Origin: an uncultured Acidobacteriaceae bacterium
Lineage (GTDB): Bacteria; Acidobacteriota; Terriglobia; Terriglobales; Acidobacteriaceae
Assembly (NCBI GenBank): GCA_903904755.1
Contig: CAIVDV010000045.1
Span: 43,284-107,283 of the forward strand
Reading direction: 5' to 3'
DNA: 64,000 bases
Shown here: piece after piece, positions 1 to 8,905 of the stretch
How the letters are laid out: each line of letters begins with the position of its first letter
How positions within the stretch are numbered: position 1 is the first letter of the stretch
Notes under the pieces: generated by a model
Seen by the model: only the letters and a program-made list of their open reading frames with translations
Database searches by the model: none
Told to the model about the DNA's origin: nothing
Made by a program: the position numbers and the translations under genes

Positions 1-2547
1 CTCGAGGACGAGGAGGGCAGAGTCGCGGATGGCGAAGAGTTGCTTCCACTCGGCGAGGAGGGGTGCGGGGTCGCCGGGGAAGATGGAGTCGAGCTGGGGG
101 AAGCGGGCGAGGTGGACGCTGGGTTCACGGCCTTCGACGGTGGGGAGGAACTCCCAGACTTCGTCGGCGGTGAAGCTGAGGATGGGGGCGACGAGGCGGA
201 CGAGGGCCTCGGTGATGGTCCAGAGGGTGGTTTGGGCGGAGAGGCGCGCGGGGTGAGTGGGCGCGAAGGTGTACATGCGGTCTTTGAGGACGTCGAGGTA
301 GAAGGCCGAGAGGTCGGCGATGGCGAACTCGTTGACAGCGTGATAGATGCGGTGGAATTCGAAGCGATCGTACCAGTCGAGGATGCGGGAGGACAGGTCG
401 CGGGTCTTGGCCAGCATGTAGCGGTCGAGCGGCTCGAGCTGGGCGAAGGGGACGGCGTGGGTGGCGGGGTTGAATCCGCTGAGGTTGCCGAGGAGGAAGC
501 GGAAGGTATTGCGGAGCTTGCGGTAGATTTCGGCGCAGCGCTTCATGAGGTTGTCGCTGGCGGCCATGTCTTCGCGGAAGTCGACGGAGGCGACCCAGAG
601 GCGGACGATTTCGCCGCCCATCTGCTCGGCGACGGCGACGGGATCGACGCCGTTGCCGAGGGATTTGCTCATGGCGCGGCCGAGTTCGTCGAGGGTCCAG
701 CCGGCGGTAGCGACGTGGGAGTAGGGGGCGCGGCCGCGGAGGGCGACGGAGGCGAGGAGCGAGGAGTGGAACCAGCCGCGATGCTGGTCGCCGCCTTCAA
801 GGTAGAGAACTTTTTCTGCGCCGCCGTGCTGGAAGGCCTGGTAGGCGCGGGAGAGGTCGGAGTCGGATTCGGCGACGGCGAGCCAACTGGTGCCGGAGTC
901 GAACCAAACGTCGAGGATGTCCATTTCCTTGCGGAATTCGGTACCGGCGCAGTGGGCGCAGGTGGTTCCGGCGGGGAGGAGATCGGCGACGGGGATGGTG
1001 TGCCAGGCTTCGGCGCCGTGGTCTTCAAAGAGCTGGATGACGCGGCGGTTGAGGGCTGCGTCCTGGACGGGATGGTTGCAGGCGGTGCAGAGGAAGACGG
1101 CGATGGGGACGCCCCAGATGCGCTGGCGGCTGATGCACCAGTCGGGGCGGGTGGCGATCATGTTGGTGATGCGCTCCTTGCCCCAGGAGGGATCCCAGAT
1201 GACCTTGTCGATTTCCTCGATGGTGAGCTGGCGGAAGGTGGTGGAGGAGCCGTCGGCGCGGGTGACCGGGGTTTCGAGGCCGATGAACCACTGCTCAGTG
1301 GCGCGGAAGATGACGGGCTTGTGGCAGCGCCAGCACATGGGGTAGCTGTGGGTGATGTTTTCCTGGGCGAGGAGAGCGCTGCGCTCTTTGAGTAGCTCAA
1401 TGATGATGGGGTTGGCGGCGAAGACGCGCTTGCCGTCGAAGGCGGGCGGCTCAGAATGGGGCCAGACGGCGGGGTCAACGTGGATGACGCCGGCGTTGTC
1501 AACGCGGCAGGTGCGGTCGAGGTCGTAGCGGACGCCGGTGTAGAAGTCGTCTGCGCCGTGGGCGGGAGCGGTGTGGACGGCTCCGGTGCCGGTGTCGGCG
1601 GTGACGTAATCGGCATTGACGCCGAGGACGGAGCGATCGAGGAAGGGATGCTGGAAGGTGGCGCGGTCGAGTTTGGCTCCGTGGAAGCGGGCTAGGACGG
1701 AGGGTTCGCCGAGGTTGCAGGCGGTGGCGACCTTTGCAGCGAGCTCGGCGGCGACGATGTATACGGGGGAGTCTGGGTGCTGGCCGGCGGAGATGGCGAC
1801 GTACTCAAAGGTGGGGTGGAAGGCGACGGCGAGGGACGCTGGGAGGGTCCAGGGGGTGGTGGTCCAGATGATGGTGTAGACCTCGCGGCCGTGGAGGGAG
1901 GCGTCGAGGGAGGCGGGGTCTGAGGTGAGGCGATAGCGGACGTAGACGGAGGGGCTGGTGTGCTGGTCGTACTCGATTTCAGCGTCGGCGAGGGCGGTGC
2001 GGTCGTGGATGCACCAGTAGACGGGCTTGAGGCCGCGGTAGACGAAGCCCTTCTCAAAGAAGCCGTAGAAGGCTTCGAGGGTTTTGGCCTCGTAAGCGCG
2101 GGACATGGTGCGGTAGGGCTGGTTCCAGCGGCCGAAGCAGCCGATGCGCTCGAACTGGCTGGTTTGGAGGTCGACGTACTTCTGCGCATAGGTGCGGCAA
2201 GCGGCGAGGACATCGCCGGCGGGCATTTCGAGCTTTTTGCGGCCGAGCTGTTCGTCGACCTTGATTTCGATGGGGAGGCCGTGGCAGTCGTAGCCGGGGA
2301 CGTATGGGGAGTCGAAGCCGGCCATGGTTTTGGACTTGACGACGAAGTCCTTGAGTCCCTTGTTGAGGGCGTGGCCCAGGTGGATGGGGCCGTTGGCGTA
2401 GGGGGGGCCATCGTGGAGGAGGTAGACGGGCAGGGGAGTGCCGGCGGCAGCGGCGTCTGCGGCGATTTGTCGCTGACGGCCGTAAATGTCGAGTTCTGCC
2501 CACTTTTTGAGCCGGAGGGGCTCGTTCTGGGGCAGGTTTGCTTTCAT
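1..2547 (-). CDS. ileS: Isoleucine--tRNA ligase, N-terminal ~849 codons; the 3' end runs off the left window edge
   Basis: Absent from the ORF track because there is no in-window stop. Own reverse-strand translation from the ATG (complement of 2545-2547) gives MKANLPQNEPLRLKKWAELDIYG... It shows the class I HIGH region PYANGPIHLGHALNK, Cys pairs CWRCH and CAHC, and a KMSKS-type loop GRAMSKSLGNG (around 660-700). The + strand ORF 40..1395 is its antisense shadow. Confidence 0.93.
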   Translation of the reverse strand, partial: MKANLPQNEPLRLKKWAELDIYGRQRQIAADAAAAGTPLPVYLLHDGPPYANGPIHLGHALNKGLKDFVVKSKTMAGFDSPYVPGYDCHGLPIEIKVDEQLGRKKLEMPAGDVLAACRTYAQKYVDLQTSQFERIGCFGRWNQPYRTMSRAYEAKTLEAFYGFFEKGFVYRGLKPVYWCIHDRTALADAEIEYDQHTSPSVYVRYRLTSDPASLDASLHGREVYTIIWTTTPWTLPASLAVAFHPTFEYVAISAGQHPDSPVYIVAAELAAKVATACNLGEPSVLARFHGAKLDRATFQHPFLDRSVLGVNADYVTADTGTGAVHTAPAHGADDFYTGVRYDLDRTCRVDNAGVIHVDPAVWPHSEPPAFDGKRVFAANPIIIELLKERSALLAQENITHSYPMCWRCHKPVIFRATEQWFIGLETPVTRADGSSTTFRQLTIEEIDKVIWDPSWGKERITNMIATRPDWCISRQRIWGVPIAVFLCTACNHPVQDAALNRRVIQLFEDHGAEAWHTIPVADLLPAGTTCAHCAGTEFRKEMDILDVWFDSGTSWLAVAESDSDLSRAYQAFQHGGAEKVLYLEGGDQHRGWFHSSLLASVALRGRAPYSHVATAGWTLDELGRAMSKSLGNGVDPVAVAEQMGGEIVRLWVASVDFREDMAASDNLMKRCAEIYRKLRNTFRFLLGNLSGFNPATHAVPFAQLEPLDRYMLAKTRDLSSRILDWYDRFEFHRIYHAVNEFAIADLSAFYLDVLKDRMYTFAPTHPARLSAQTTLWTITEALVRLVAPILSFTADEVWEFLPTVEGREPSVHLARFPQLDSIFPGDPAPLLAEWKQLFAIRDSALLVLE

Positions 2548-2951
2548 GGAAAACTCGGTATTCGGCAACGTAAGGGTTGCCTTCAACTCCGGCACAACTG
2601 ACATGCGTACTCCCGTATGGATGGCGTGGTATCCAAGCTCCAGTGTAAATGCGGCGGGCGGTAAATTTCCGGTAACCTGCGGGCGGCTGGTACGTCTATT
2701 GAGAGGACGGGTGATTTTTTGCTGTCACGGTTTGGATGAGATGGAAGCCGGAACCTGCGGAGTCACCGGGAAGTTGAAATCCGCAAGACAGGTTGGGCGG
2801 GCGTCCGTCATAATGAGGAGATGGGCGGGAAGGGCGGCGGCGAGCCGTAGCCTGACCGAGGTCAAAGCCCAGAGCAGAGACGCAGAAGCCGGGAGAGACC
2901 CGGAGAGATTTCAAACCGGCGCAGGCCGGGAGATGGGAACTGTCAGCATCT

Positions 2952-4001
2952 ATGGCAAATGATTTGCTCAATCCGCCGGAGAACGAGGGAACGAACGCGG
3001 GCGCAGATGCCGGCGACGGCAAGACGAGCGGACATGTAACGGGTGCACCGGGGCATGAGCTGGATGCGCTGATGGGGAGGGCTTTTGATTCTCCGCCGGT
3101 GTGGCGTGAGCTGTATAACAACCTGCTGGACGCATTTTTCCCGCCGAAGCTGCCGCCGCTGGAGCTGACGAGCACGCCGATTCCGGTGAAGGATCCGCTG
3201 GCGGTGAAGCGCAGCCCGGTGTCGGTGGCGATTTCCGCGGGGATCAATGTTGGGATTCTGCTGCTGTTTGTGTATGGATTCCGGCACCAGATTGCGGCTG
3301 CGTTGCCGCCGAAGCTGCTGGACCTGGGGCAGGTGGATATTGCGCCGTGGAAGCCGATGACGAAGAAGAGCGGCGACATGGGCGGCGGCGGCGGTGGCGG
3401 CGCGCACGATGTGGTGGATGCCATCAAGGGACGCCCGCCGAAGATTGAGAAGAATCCGATTCTGCAGCCGCAGGTGGCAGTGAACGATCACCCAAAGCTG
3501 GCTGTGGACCCGGCGCTGGATATCCAGGAGGTGAAGCTGCCGGATAATCCGCAGATGATGAATTTTGGCGTGGCAAAGAGCCCGAATGTGACGTTGGCTT
3601 CGAACGGCCAGGGGAACAACGGAATTGGCACGGGCAAGGGTGGCGGCCTGGGCAGCGGCAATGGCAACGGCTATGGGCCGGGCGAGGGCGGCAACCTGGG
3701 TGGCGGACTGCGGCATGTGGGCGAGGGCGTGAGCGCGCCGGTGCTGGTGAACAAGGTGGAGGCGGAGTTCAGCGATGAGGCGCGGCGTGCCAAGTATGAG
3801 GGCACGGTGGTGGTGAGCCTGATTGTGGACGCGAACGGGAATCCGCAGAATGTGCATGTGGTGCGGCACCTGGGCATGGGGCTGGACGAGAAGGCGATTG
3901 AAGCGGTGCAGAAGTACAAGTTCAAGCCGTCGATTGACCAGAAGACGCATCAGCCGGTGCCGGTTCCGGTGAATGTTGAGGTGCGGTTCAGGCTGTACTG
4001 A
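2952..4001 (+). CDS. TonB-family energy transducer
   Basis: One TM segment (VSVAISAGINVGILLLFVYGF), a Pro/Gly-rich linker with a G7 run, and a C-terminal TonB-type domain (EARRAKYEGTVVVSLIVDANGNPQNVHVVRHLGMGLDEKAIEAVQKYKFKP). Confidence 0.85.
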   Translation: MANDLLNPPENEGTNAGADAGDGKTSGHVTGAPGHELDALMGRAFDSPPVWRELYNNLLDAFFPPKLPPLELTSTPIPVKDPLAVKRSPVSVAISAGINVGILLLFVYGFRHQIAAALPPKLLDLGQVDIAPWKPMTKKSGDMGGGGGGGAHDVVDAIKGRPPKIEKNPILQPQVAVNDHPKLAVDPALDIQEVKLPDNPQMMNFGVAKSPNVTLASNGQGNNGIGTGKGGGLGSGNGNGYGPGEGGNLGGGLRHVGEGVSAPVLVNKVEAEFSDEARRAKYEGTVVVSLIVDANGNPQNVHVVRHLGMGLDEKAIEAVQKYKFKPSIDQKTHQPVPVPVNVEVRFRLY

Positions 4002-4031
4002 GGACAGAGGTCAGAGATCAGAGATTAGTAC

Positions 4032-4058
4032 GAGGGGCATCCAGGGGATGTCCCTTTT
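4032..4058 (+). terminator. Rho-independent terminator after the tonB-like gene
   Basis: GGGGCATCC-AGG-GGATGTCCC hairpin (one G-U pair) followed by TTTTTT, 30 nt after the stop codon. Confidence 0.7.
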
Positions 4059-4077
4059 TTGCGTTTGGGGGCGGGAG

Positions 4078-4965
4078 TTAGCCGAGGACGGCGACGGGTT
4101 GGAAGAGGGTGCCGGCGACGCGTTTGGCGATGGCGACGAGTTCGCGCTGGTCGGCGAAGATTTTGACGAGTTCGGCGGAGGAGAACTCGGAGAGGTTGGC
4201 CTGGTTGCCGTTGCGGATGCGGCCGAGGGCGACGGAGTCGGCGGTGACGGAGGGCATGTGGGGCAGGAGGCTGCGGGGGTGGAGGAGGGCGGCTTCGAGG
4301 GTGGGGTTTGGGGCGGATTCCTCGGCGAGGGCTGCAAGTTTGTCCAGTGTCCAGGCCTGGTCGAGGGTGAAGGCGCCGGCGCGGGTGCGGCGGAGGGCGG
4401 AGAGGCGGGCTCCGCAGCCGAGGGCCTGGCCGAGTTCGTGGGCGACGGAGCGGACATAGCCGCCGGCGGAGACGGTGATGCGGAAGGTGGCGGTGTCGCC
4501 GGAGAAGGAGTCGATTTCGAATTCGTGGATGTGGATGGCGACGGGCTTGAGCTCGACGGGCTTGCCTTCGCGAGCGAGCTGGTAGGCGGGCTTGCCGGCG
4601 ATTTTCTTGGCGGAGAAGGCGGGGGGTGTTTGCTGGATGAGGCCGTGGAAGGGGGCGGCGGCGGTGCGGATTTGGTCGAGGGTGAGTTCGGGAGTGACGG
4701 GGACGGTGGTGGGCTGGCCCTCGGCGTCGTAGGTGTCGGTGGCGAAGCCGAAGCGGATGGCGCCGGTGTAGGACTTTTCCGCAGTGGAGAAGTATTGGGC
4801 GAGGCGGGTGAATTTGCCAAGCATGAGGGGGAGGACGCCGGTGGCCATGGGGTCGAGGGTGCCGAGGTGGCCGATGGACTTTTCGCCGGTAATGCGGCGG
4901 AGGCGACTGACGACGTCGTGGGAGGTAATGCCCTGGGGCTTGTCGATGATAAGAAGGCCGTTCAC
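4078..4965 (-). CDS. truB: tRNA pseudouridine(55) synthase
   Basis: N-terminus MNGLLIIDKPQGITSHDVV..RR......GHLGTLDPMATGVLPL, which carries the catalytic Asp motif GTLDP typical of TruB. Confidence 0.92.
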   Translation of the reverse strand: MNGLLIIDKPQGITSHDVVSRLRRITGEKSIGHLGTLDPMATGVLPLMLGKFTRLAQYFSTAEKSYTGAIRFGFATDTYDAEGQPTTVPVTPELTLDQIRTAAAPFHGLIQQTPPAFSAKKIAGKPAYQLAREGKPVELKPVAIHIHEFEIDSFSGDTATFRITVSAGGYVRSVAHELGQALGCGARLSALRRTRAGAFTLDQAWTLDKLAALAEESAPNPTLEAALLHPRSLLPHMPSVTADSVALGRIRNGNQANLSEFSSAELVKIFADQRELVAIAKRVAGTLFQPVAVLG

Positions 4966-5013
4966 CTGTCTATTTTAGGCGAACGGCCGGGGTGGGGTTG
5001 GGATGGGTGAGGT

Positions 5014-5670
5014 TCAGAGCTGGTGGCCGCTTTGCTGGCGGACGAGGGAGAGGAATTCCGTGCGGGTGGGGCCGGAGCGGAATGCGCCGAGCATGGCGCT
5101 GGTGACGGTGGTGGACTGCTGTTTTTCGACGCCGCGCATCATCATGCACATGTGGCGTGCCTCAATGACGACGCCTACGCCCTGGGGCTCGATGGCTTCC
5201 TGGATGGCGTCTGCGATTTGGCGGGTGAGGCGCTCCTGGACCTGGAGGCGGCGGGAGAAGACCTCAATGAGGCGGGGAATCTTGCTGAGTCCGATGACCT
5301 TGCCGTTGGGGATATAGGCGACGTGGACGCGGCCCCAGAACGGCAGCATGTGGTGCTCGCAGAGGGAGTAGACCTCGACGTCCTTGACGATGACCATCTC
5401 GTCGTAGTCGACATCGAAGAGGGCGCCGCGAAGGATCTGGGTGGGGTTGAGGGTGTAGCCGTGGGTGAGGAATTCCATGGCCTTTTCGACACGCTTGGGG
5501 GTGTCGAGGAGGCCGTCGCGGGAGGGGTCCTCGTGGAAGCGGCCGAGGAGTTCGCGGTAGAGCTGCTGGGTGGAGGCCTGGGCGAGGGAGGCGGCAGAGG
5601 AAGCGTTGGTTGCCGGATCCAGCGCGGTGACGGACTTGGGGGATTTGGTGACCACCATGGGATGTGCCAT
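5014..5670 (-). CDS. folE: GTP cyclohydrolase I (FolE type I)
   Basis: Motifs [36 protein letters not shown] and [12 protein letters not shown]. The track ORF extends to 5859 and would overlap the upstream gene. I chose the internal ATG (complement of 5668-5670, MAHPMVV...). Confidence 0.9.
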   Translation of the reverse strand: MAHPMVVTKSPKSVTALDPATNASSAASLAQASTQQLYRELLGRFHEDPSRDGLLDTPKRVEKAMEFLTHGYTLNPTQILRGALFDVDYDEMVIVKDVEVYSLCEHHMLPFWGRVHVAYIPNGKVIGLSKIPRLIEVFSRRLQVQERLTRQIADAIQEAIEPQGVGVVIEARHMCMMMRGVEKQQSTTVTSAMLGAFRSGPTRTEFLSLVRQQSGHQL

Positions 5671-5725
5671 GTTCGGAATCCTTCTGCTGATTTCTTCGCC
5701 GGGGAGCTTGGCCGGCGGGTTTGGC

Positions 5726-6163
5726 TTACTGGCCCAGGGTTTGCGGAGCCGGGGAAGCAGCTCCGGAGTACTCGAAGAAGTTGTTTTCGGTCTCCTCGAT
5801 GCGGACCAGGGCGAGATGAGCCGGGGCCAGGGCCGCGTGGAGAAGGTTGTACACCGCAATGGTTAGATTCTCAGTGGTTGAGACCAGTTGCGAGAAAAGT
5901 GGATCGAGGTTGAGATTGCGGTGGTCGAAACGGGAAAGGATGTGTTCTCGGACGACGGCGTCGAGGGTGGCCATGTTGATGACCATTCCGGTCTGGGGCG
6001 AGATGGGGCCGGAGACGGTTACGAAGACGCGGTAGTTGTGGCCGTGGCCATGGGGATTGTTGCACTTGCCGAAGGCGGCGCGGTTGGCTTCGGGGGAGAG
6101 GAGGTCAGTGTGAAGACGATGGCTGGCGGAAAAGGTGTAGCCGCGGGTGAAGGAGGCGATCAT
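5726..6163 (-). CDS. 6-pyruvoyl-tetrahydropterin synthase / QueD-family protein (eukaryote-like PTPS signature)
   Basis: [38 protein letters not shown] and STTENL closely follow the PTPS pattern GKCNNPNGHGHNY...TGMV.N...L......TTEN. Confidence 0.85.
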   Translation of the reverse strand: MIASFTRGYTFSASHRLHTDLLSPEANRAAFGKCNNPHGHGHNYRVFVTVSGPISPQTGMVINMATLDAVVREHILSRFDHRNLNLDPLFSQLVSTTENLTIAVYNLLHAALAPAHLALVRIEETENNFFEYSGAASPAPQTLGQ

Positions 6164-6588
6164 CTGGCGGCCTCCTGCTGGCCGAAGTAGTCGGCGTAGA
6201 TGTCGGGGGTTTCCCAGACGCGGATGGCGTGGAGGTTGGCACCGGCGGCGGCGATTGGGGCGGCGAGGCGGTTCCAGATGGCGACGGCGATGTTTTCCGA
6301 GGTGGGGATGGTGGTGGCGAAGTCGGGGACTTCGAGATTGAGGTGGCGGTGGTCGTAGATGGAGAGGACGTGCTGCTCAATGACGTCCTTGAGCCACTTG
6401 AGGTCGACGACGAAGCCAGTGACGGGGTCAACGGAGCCTGAGATTTTGACTTCGAGAGTGTAGTTGTGGCCGTGTCCGTTGCGGTTGGCGCAGGCTCCGA
6501 AGACAGCGTCGTTCTCTGACTGGGACCAAGCGGGGTTCCAGTAGTAGTGAGCTGCGGAGAAGGTGGCGCGCCGGGTGAGGACAATCAT
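6160..6588 (-). CDS. Second PTPS/QueD-family paralog, 4-nt overlap with the downstream paralog
   Basis: FGACANRNGHGHNYTLEVKISGSVDPVTGFVVDLKWLK and PTSENIAV. Start chosen at MIVLTRRATF (complement of 6586-6588) rather than the track start at 6645. Confidence 0.8.
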   Translation of the reverse strand: MIVLTRRATFSAAHYYWNPAWSQSENDAVFGACANRNGHGHNYTLEVKISGSVDPVTGFVVDLKWLKDVIEQHVLSIYDHRHLNLEVPDFATTIPTSENIAVAIWNRLAAPIAAAGANLHAIRVWETPDIYADYFGQQEAAR

Positions 6589-6743
6589 GGGTAAATCTCT
6601 CAGGTGGGCCGGGTGAGGGCCGGGGAAACGAATTTGCCTACGCAAGTTAGGATGCGGGCAGGTGGGGAAAGTTTCACGGACTCAATAGAAAATTTCGCCG
6701 GGTGAATAAATTTGGATGGTTGTGGAGGATATGAATGGGCAGG

Positions 6744-7871
6744 TCAGGCTTTGTAGGTGCGGCCTTTCCAACTGACTTCGTGGCGGACTTCCACCTGGTA
6801 CCAACTGCGGAGGAGGATGACGACGAAGAGGGGCAGAGCGAGGGGAGAGAGGAGGCAGTTGAGGAAACCGAAGTTGGATTTGGCTACGCGGGCGTAGTAG
6901 CGCCAGAGATTGCGGAGCCAGACGAGCATGAGGATGACGCCGGCGGGGAACCAGGGGAGGTGGGGCAGGCCAGCGGACCAGTATCTGGCGGCGAGGATGG
7001 GCAGGCCGATGAGGAGGAGGATGTCGAGGGTGCGCCAGGCGGCGAGGGCGATGCAGTTGCCGAAGAGTTCGGCGAGGTTTTTGGTCCAGCCCTCAATCAT
7101 GGCGGAGGTGGTGCGGTACATGCGGGTGGAGAGGGCGTCGTCGGCGTAGCGGAAGCGGAGGCCGATGCGGCGTTTTTTGGCGCGGAAGGCGAGTTTGACG
7201 TCTTCGAGGACGTCGCCTTTGACCCACTCGTGACCGCCGATGAGGTCGTAGGCTTCGCGGCTGATGAGGAGGAATTGGCCGTTGGCGGCGGCGATGCGGG
7301 ATTCGGGGTCGGAGACCTTGGCGGCGGGGAAGGCGAGGGCGAGTTCGCAGAAGACGAGTGGCATGAGGGCGCGCTGCCAGAGTCCGGAGACGAGCTGACC
7401 GGGGGAGTAGGAGAGCATGCCGACTTTGTGCTTTTCGGCCTCGTGGAGGGCGCGGTGGAGGTTGCCGGGCTCGTGGACGGTGTCAGCGTCGGTGAATAGC
7501 ATCCATTGGCCGCGGGCGTGTAGCGCGCCGGTGAAGCAGGCGTTGTTCTTGCCGGTCCAGCCGGTTTCGAGAGGCTGGGAGGGGAGGACGGTGACGCCGG
7601 GGAAGGAGAGCGCGATGTCGTGGGTGCGGTCTGTGGATTGGTCGTCGACGACGATGAGTTCCCAGTCGACACCGAGCTTGAAGACGGAGTCGGACTGGGA
7701 GGTGAGAGAGCGGAGGCAGTCAGCAAGGCAGTCCTGCTCATTGCGGGCGGGGACAATGACGGTGAGGTCAAAGGCAGGTTCTGGCGAGGGCTGCGATGCT
7801 GGCTCAGAACCGGAGGTAGGGGAAAGGGGAGATTCGGGATGATTTGGGGGGTGCGGGATATCTTCTGCCAT
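6744..7871 (-). CDS. Membrane-associated family 2 glycosyltransferase (CrtQ/HpnI-like by pattern)
   Basis: GT-A N-terminus VIVPARNEQ...VVDDQSTDRT, then GWTGKNNAC, FTDADT, and C-terminal TM helices. Confidence 0.8.
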   Translation of the reverse strand: MAEDIPHPPNHPESPLSPTSGSEPASQPSPEPAFDLTVIVPARNEQDCLADCLRSLTSQSDSVFKLGVDWELIVVDDQSTDRTHDIALSFPGVTVLPSQPLETGWTGKNNACFTGALHARGQWMLFTDADTVHEPGNLHRALHEAEKHKVGMLSYSPGQLVSGLWQRALMPLVFCELALAFPAAKVSDPESRIAAANGQFLLISREAYDLIGGHEWVKGDVLEDVKLAFRAKKRRIGLRFRYADDALSTRMYRTTSAMIEGWTKNLAELFGNCIALAAWRTLDILLLIGLPILAARYWSAGLPHLPWFPAGVILMLVWLRNLWRYYARVAKSNFGFLNCLLSPLALPLFVVILLRSWYQVEVRHEVSWKGRTYKA

Positions 7872-7905
7872 GACGGGAGGGCTCTCCGCTACGTATTATA
7901 GAGAC

Positions 7906-8397
7906 ATGAGGAAGCTTGCGAGTTTGGCTGCGCTTGGCGCGATGCTGCTGGCAGGAACGGCGGGTTGCGATCGGGGACATTTGCCAGCGCAGACCTTCAA
8001 GCCGGCGCCAGATTTTACGGTTGCGGACAACACGACGAAGGTGCACCTGGCGGACTACCGGGGCAAGGTTGTGCTGGTGAACTTCTGGGCGACGTGGTGC
8101 GGGCCGTGCACGCTGGAGTTGCCTTCGCTGCTGCAGTTCCACCATGATCATCCGGAGATTGCGATTGTGGCGATCAGCGTGGATGAGGACGAGGCGGCTT
8201 ACCGGAACTTTATCGCTCAGCGGCACGTGGACCTGATTACGGTTCGCGATCCTGAGGAGAAGGTGGCCAACAAGTTTTCGACCGAGCAGTGGCCGGAGAC
8301 GTATCTGATTGACAAGAACGGGATGATCCGGCGGCGGTTTGTGGGCGCGCAGGACTGGAGCAGCCCAGAGATTGAGAAGTTTATCCGGACGCTTTAG
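7906..8397 (+). CDS. TlpA/ResA-like thiol:disulfide oxidoreductase lipoprotein
   Basis: Lipobox LLAGTAGC and thioredoxin motif VNFWATWCGPC. Start chosen at MRKLASL (7906); the track start at 7870 is the alternative. Confidence 0.85.
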   Translation: MRKLASLAALGAMLLAGTAGCDRGHLPAQTFKPAPDFTVADNTTKVHLADYRGKVVLVNFWATWCGPCTLELPSLLQFHHDHPEIAIVAISVDEDEAAYRNFIAQRHVDLITVRDPEEKVANKFSTEQWPETYLIDKNGMIRRRFVGAQDWSSPEIEKFIRTL

Positions 8398-8415
8398 AAA
8401 GGTATTTTGACTTTT

Positions 8416-8676
8416 ATGACGACTGTCGATGTGGTGTTCAGCTATGTGGGTGAGCCTGGGGAAGCGGTGGCGCGGGCGCTGGGGAATGCGCGGGATGTGT
8501 ACGGGATTCGCAAGGTGCAGTTTGACCGTGCGGCGCATACGCTGACCGTGGAATATGACTCGACGCGGCTGAGCGCGGCGACGGTGGAGCAACTGGTGCG
8601 GCGAGCGGGTGTGCGTGTGGAAGGGATTGTTCCGCAGATGCGTGCGCCTGAGGTGGTTGCCGGGCCGGTGGCGTAA
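8416..8676 (+). CDS. Small hypothetical protein (86 aa)
   Basis: ORF with high GC at third positions and balanced composition (MTTVDVVFSYVGEPGEAVARALGNARDVYGIRKVQFDRAAHTLTVEYD...). I recognise no family. The ATG at 8416 is inside the track ORF 8407..8676. Confidence 0.5.
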   Translation: MTTVDVVFSYVGEPGEAVARALGNARDVYGIRKVQFDRAAHTLTVEYDSTRLSAATVEQLVRRAGVRVEGIVPQMRAPEVVAGPVA

Positions 8677-8757
8677 GAGGTTGCTTCCACAGGCTGGATT
8701 GCCTGAGTGGGGAATTTTTGATAGTCTGAATAAGGTTCAAAACACGAACCGAAGTGT

Positions 8758-8834
8758 GCGCCTGTAGCTCAGCTGGATAGAGCAATTGACTACGAATCAA
8801 TAGGTCGGGAGTTCGAATCTCTCCGGGCGCACCA
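8758..8834 (+). tRNA. tRNA-Arg (anticodon ACG), CCA encoded
   Basis: Cloverleaf read by eye. Acceptor GCGCCTG/CGGGCGC, D arm GCTC-AGCTGGATA-GAGC, anticodon arm ATTGA-CTACGAA-TCAAT (ACG at positions 34-36), T arm GGGAG-TTCGAAT-CTCTC, then ACCA. Confidence 0.9.
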
Positions 8835-8856
8835 TACAAGATTGAGGAAGAGAAAA

Positions 8857-8884
8857 CGGAGCCAGCTGGCTCCGTTTTTGTTTT
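8857..8884. terminator. Bidirectional terminator between the tRNA-Arg and the convergent PP2C gene
   Basis: Perfect palindrome CGGAGCCAGCTGGCTCCG, flanked by AAAA upstream and TTTTTGTTTT downstream. Confidence 0.75.
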
Positions 8885-8905
8885 GGGGAGAAGTGGTTTG
8901 CGGGG

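Noticed and set aside
40-1395. 451-aa + strand ORF rich in G/E/A/D/V, plus several Pro/Ser/Thr-rich minus-strand ORFs (669..1028, 1158..1616, 1692..2411).
   Set aside because: These are antisense or out-of-frame shadows of ileS. The true frame, which is absent from the track because it has no in-window stop, gives an unambiguous IleRS sequence. The shadow ORFs have low-complexity composition typical of GC-rich off-frames.
2548-2951. Possible T-box or other riboswitch or ncRNA in the 400-bp ileS / tonB divergent region.
   Set aside because: I read both strands looking for the T-box consensus (GGGUGGUACCGCG-like), SRP, RNase P and tmRNA signatures and found no convincing match. Only short hairpins (GGCAAC/GTTGCC) and a GCGGGCGG direct repeat are present. 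An Infernal scan would be decisive.
3973-5010. 345-aa + ORF and 269-aa minus ORF (4011..4820) overlapping truB.
   Set aside because: They have Gly/Glu/Ala-rich or Pro/Ser-rich low-complexity composition. truB in the third frame carries clear family motifs.
5671-5859. N-terminal extension of the folE ORF to 5859.
   Set aside because: The extension is Arg/Pro/Ser-rich, overlaps the upstream PTPS gene by more than 130 nt and has no FolE similarity. The internal ATG at 5670 gives a normal-length FolE.
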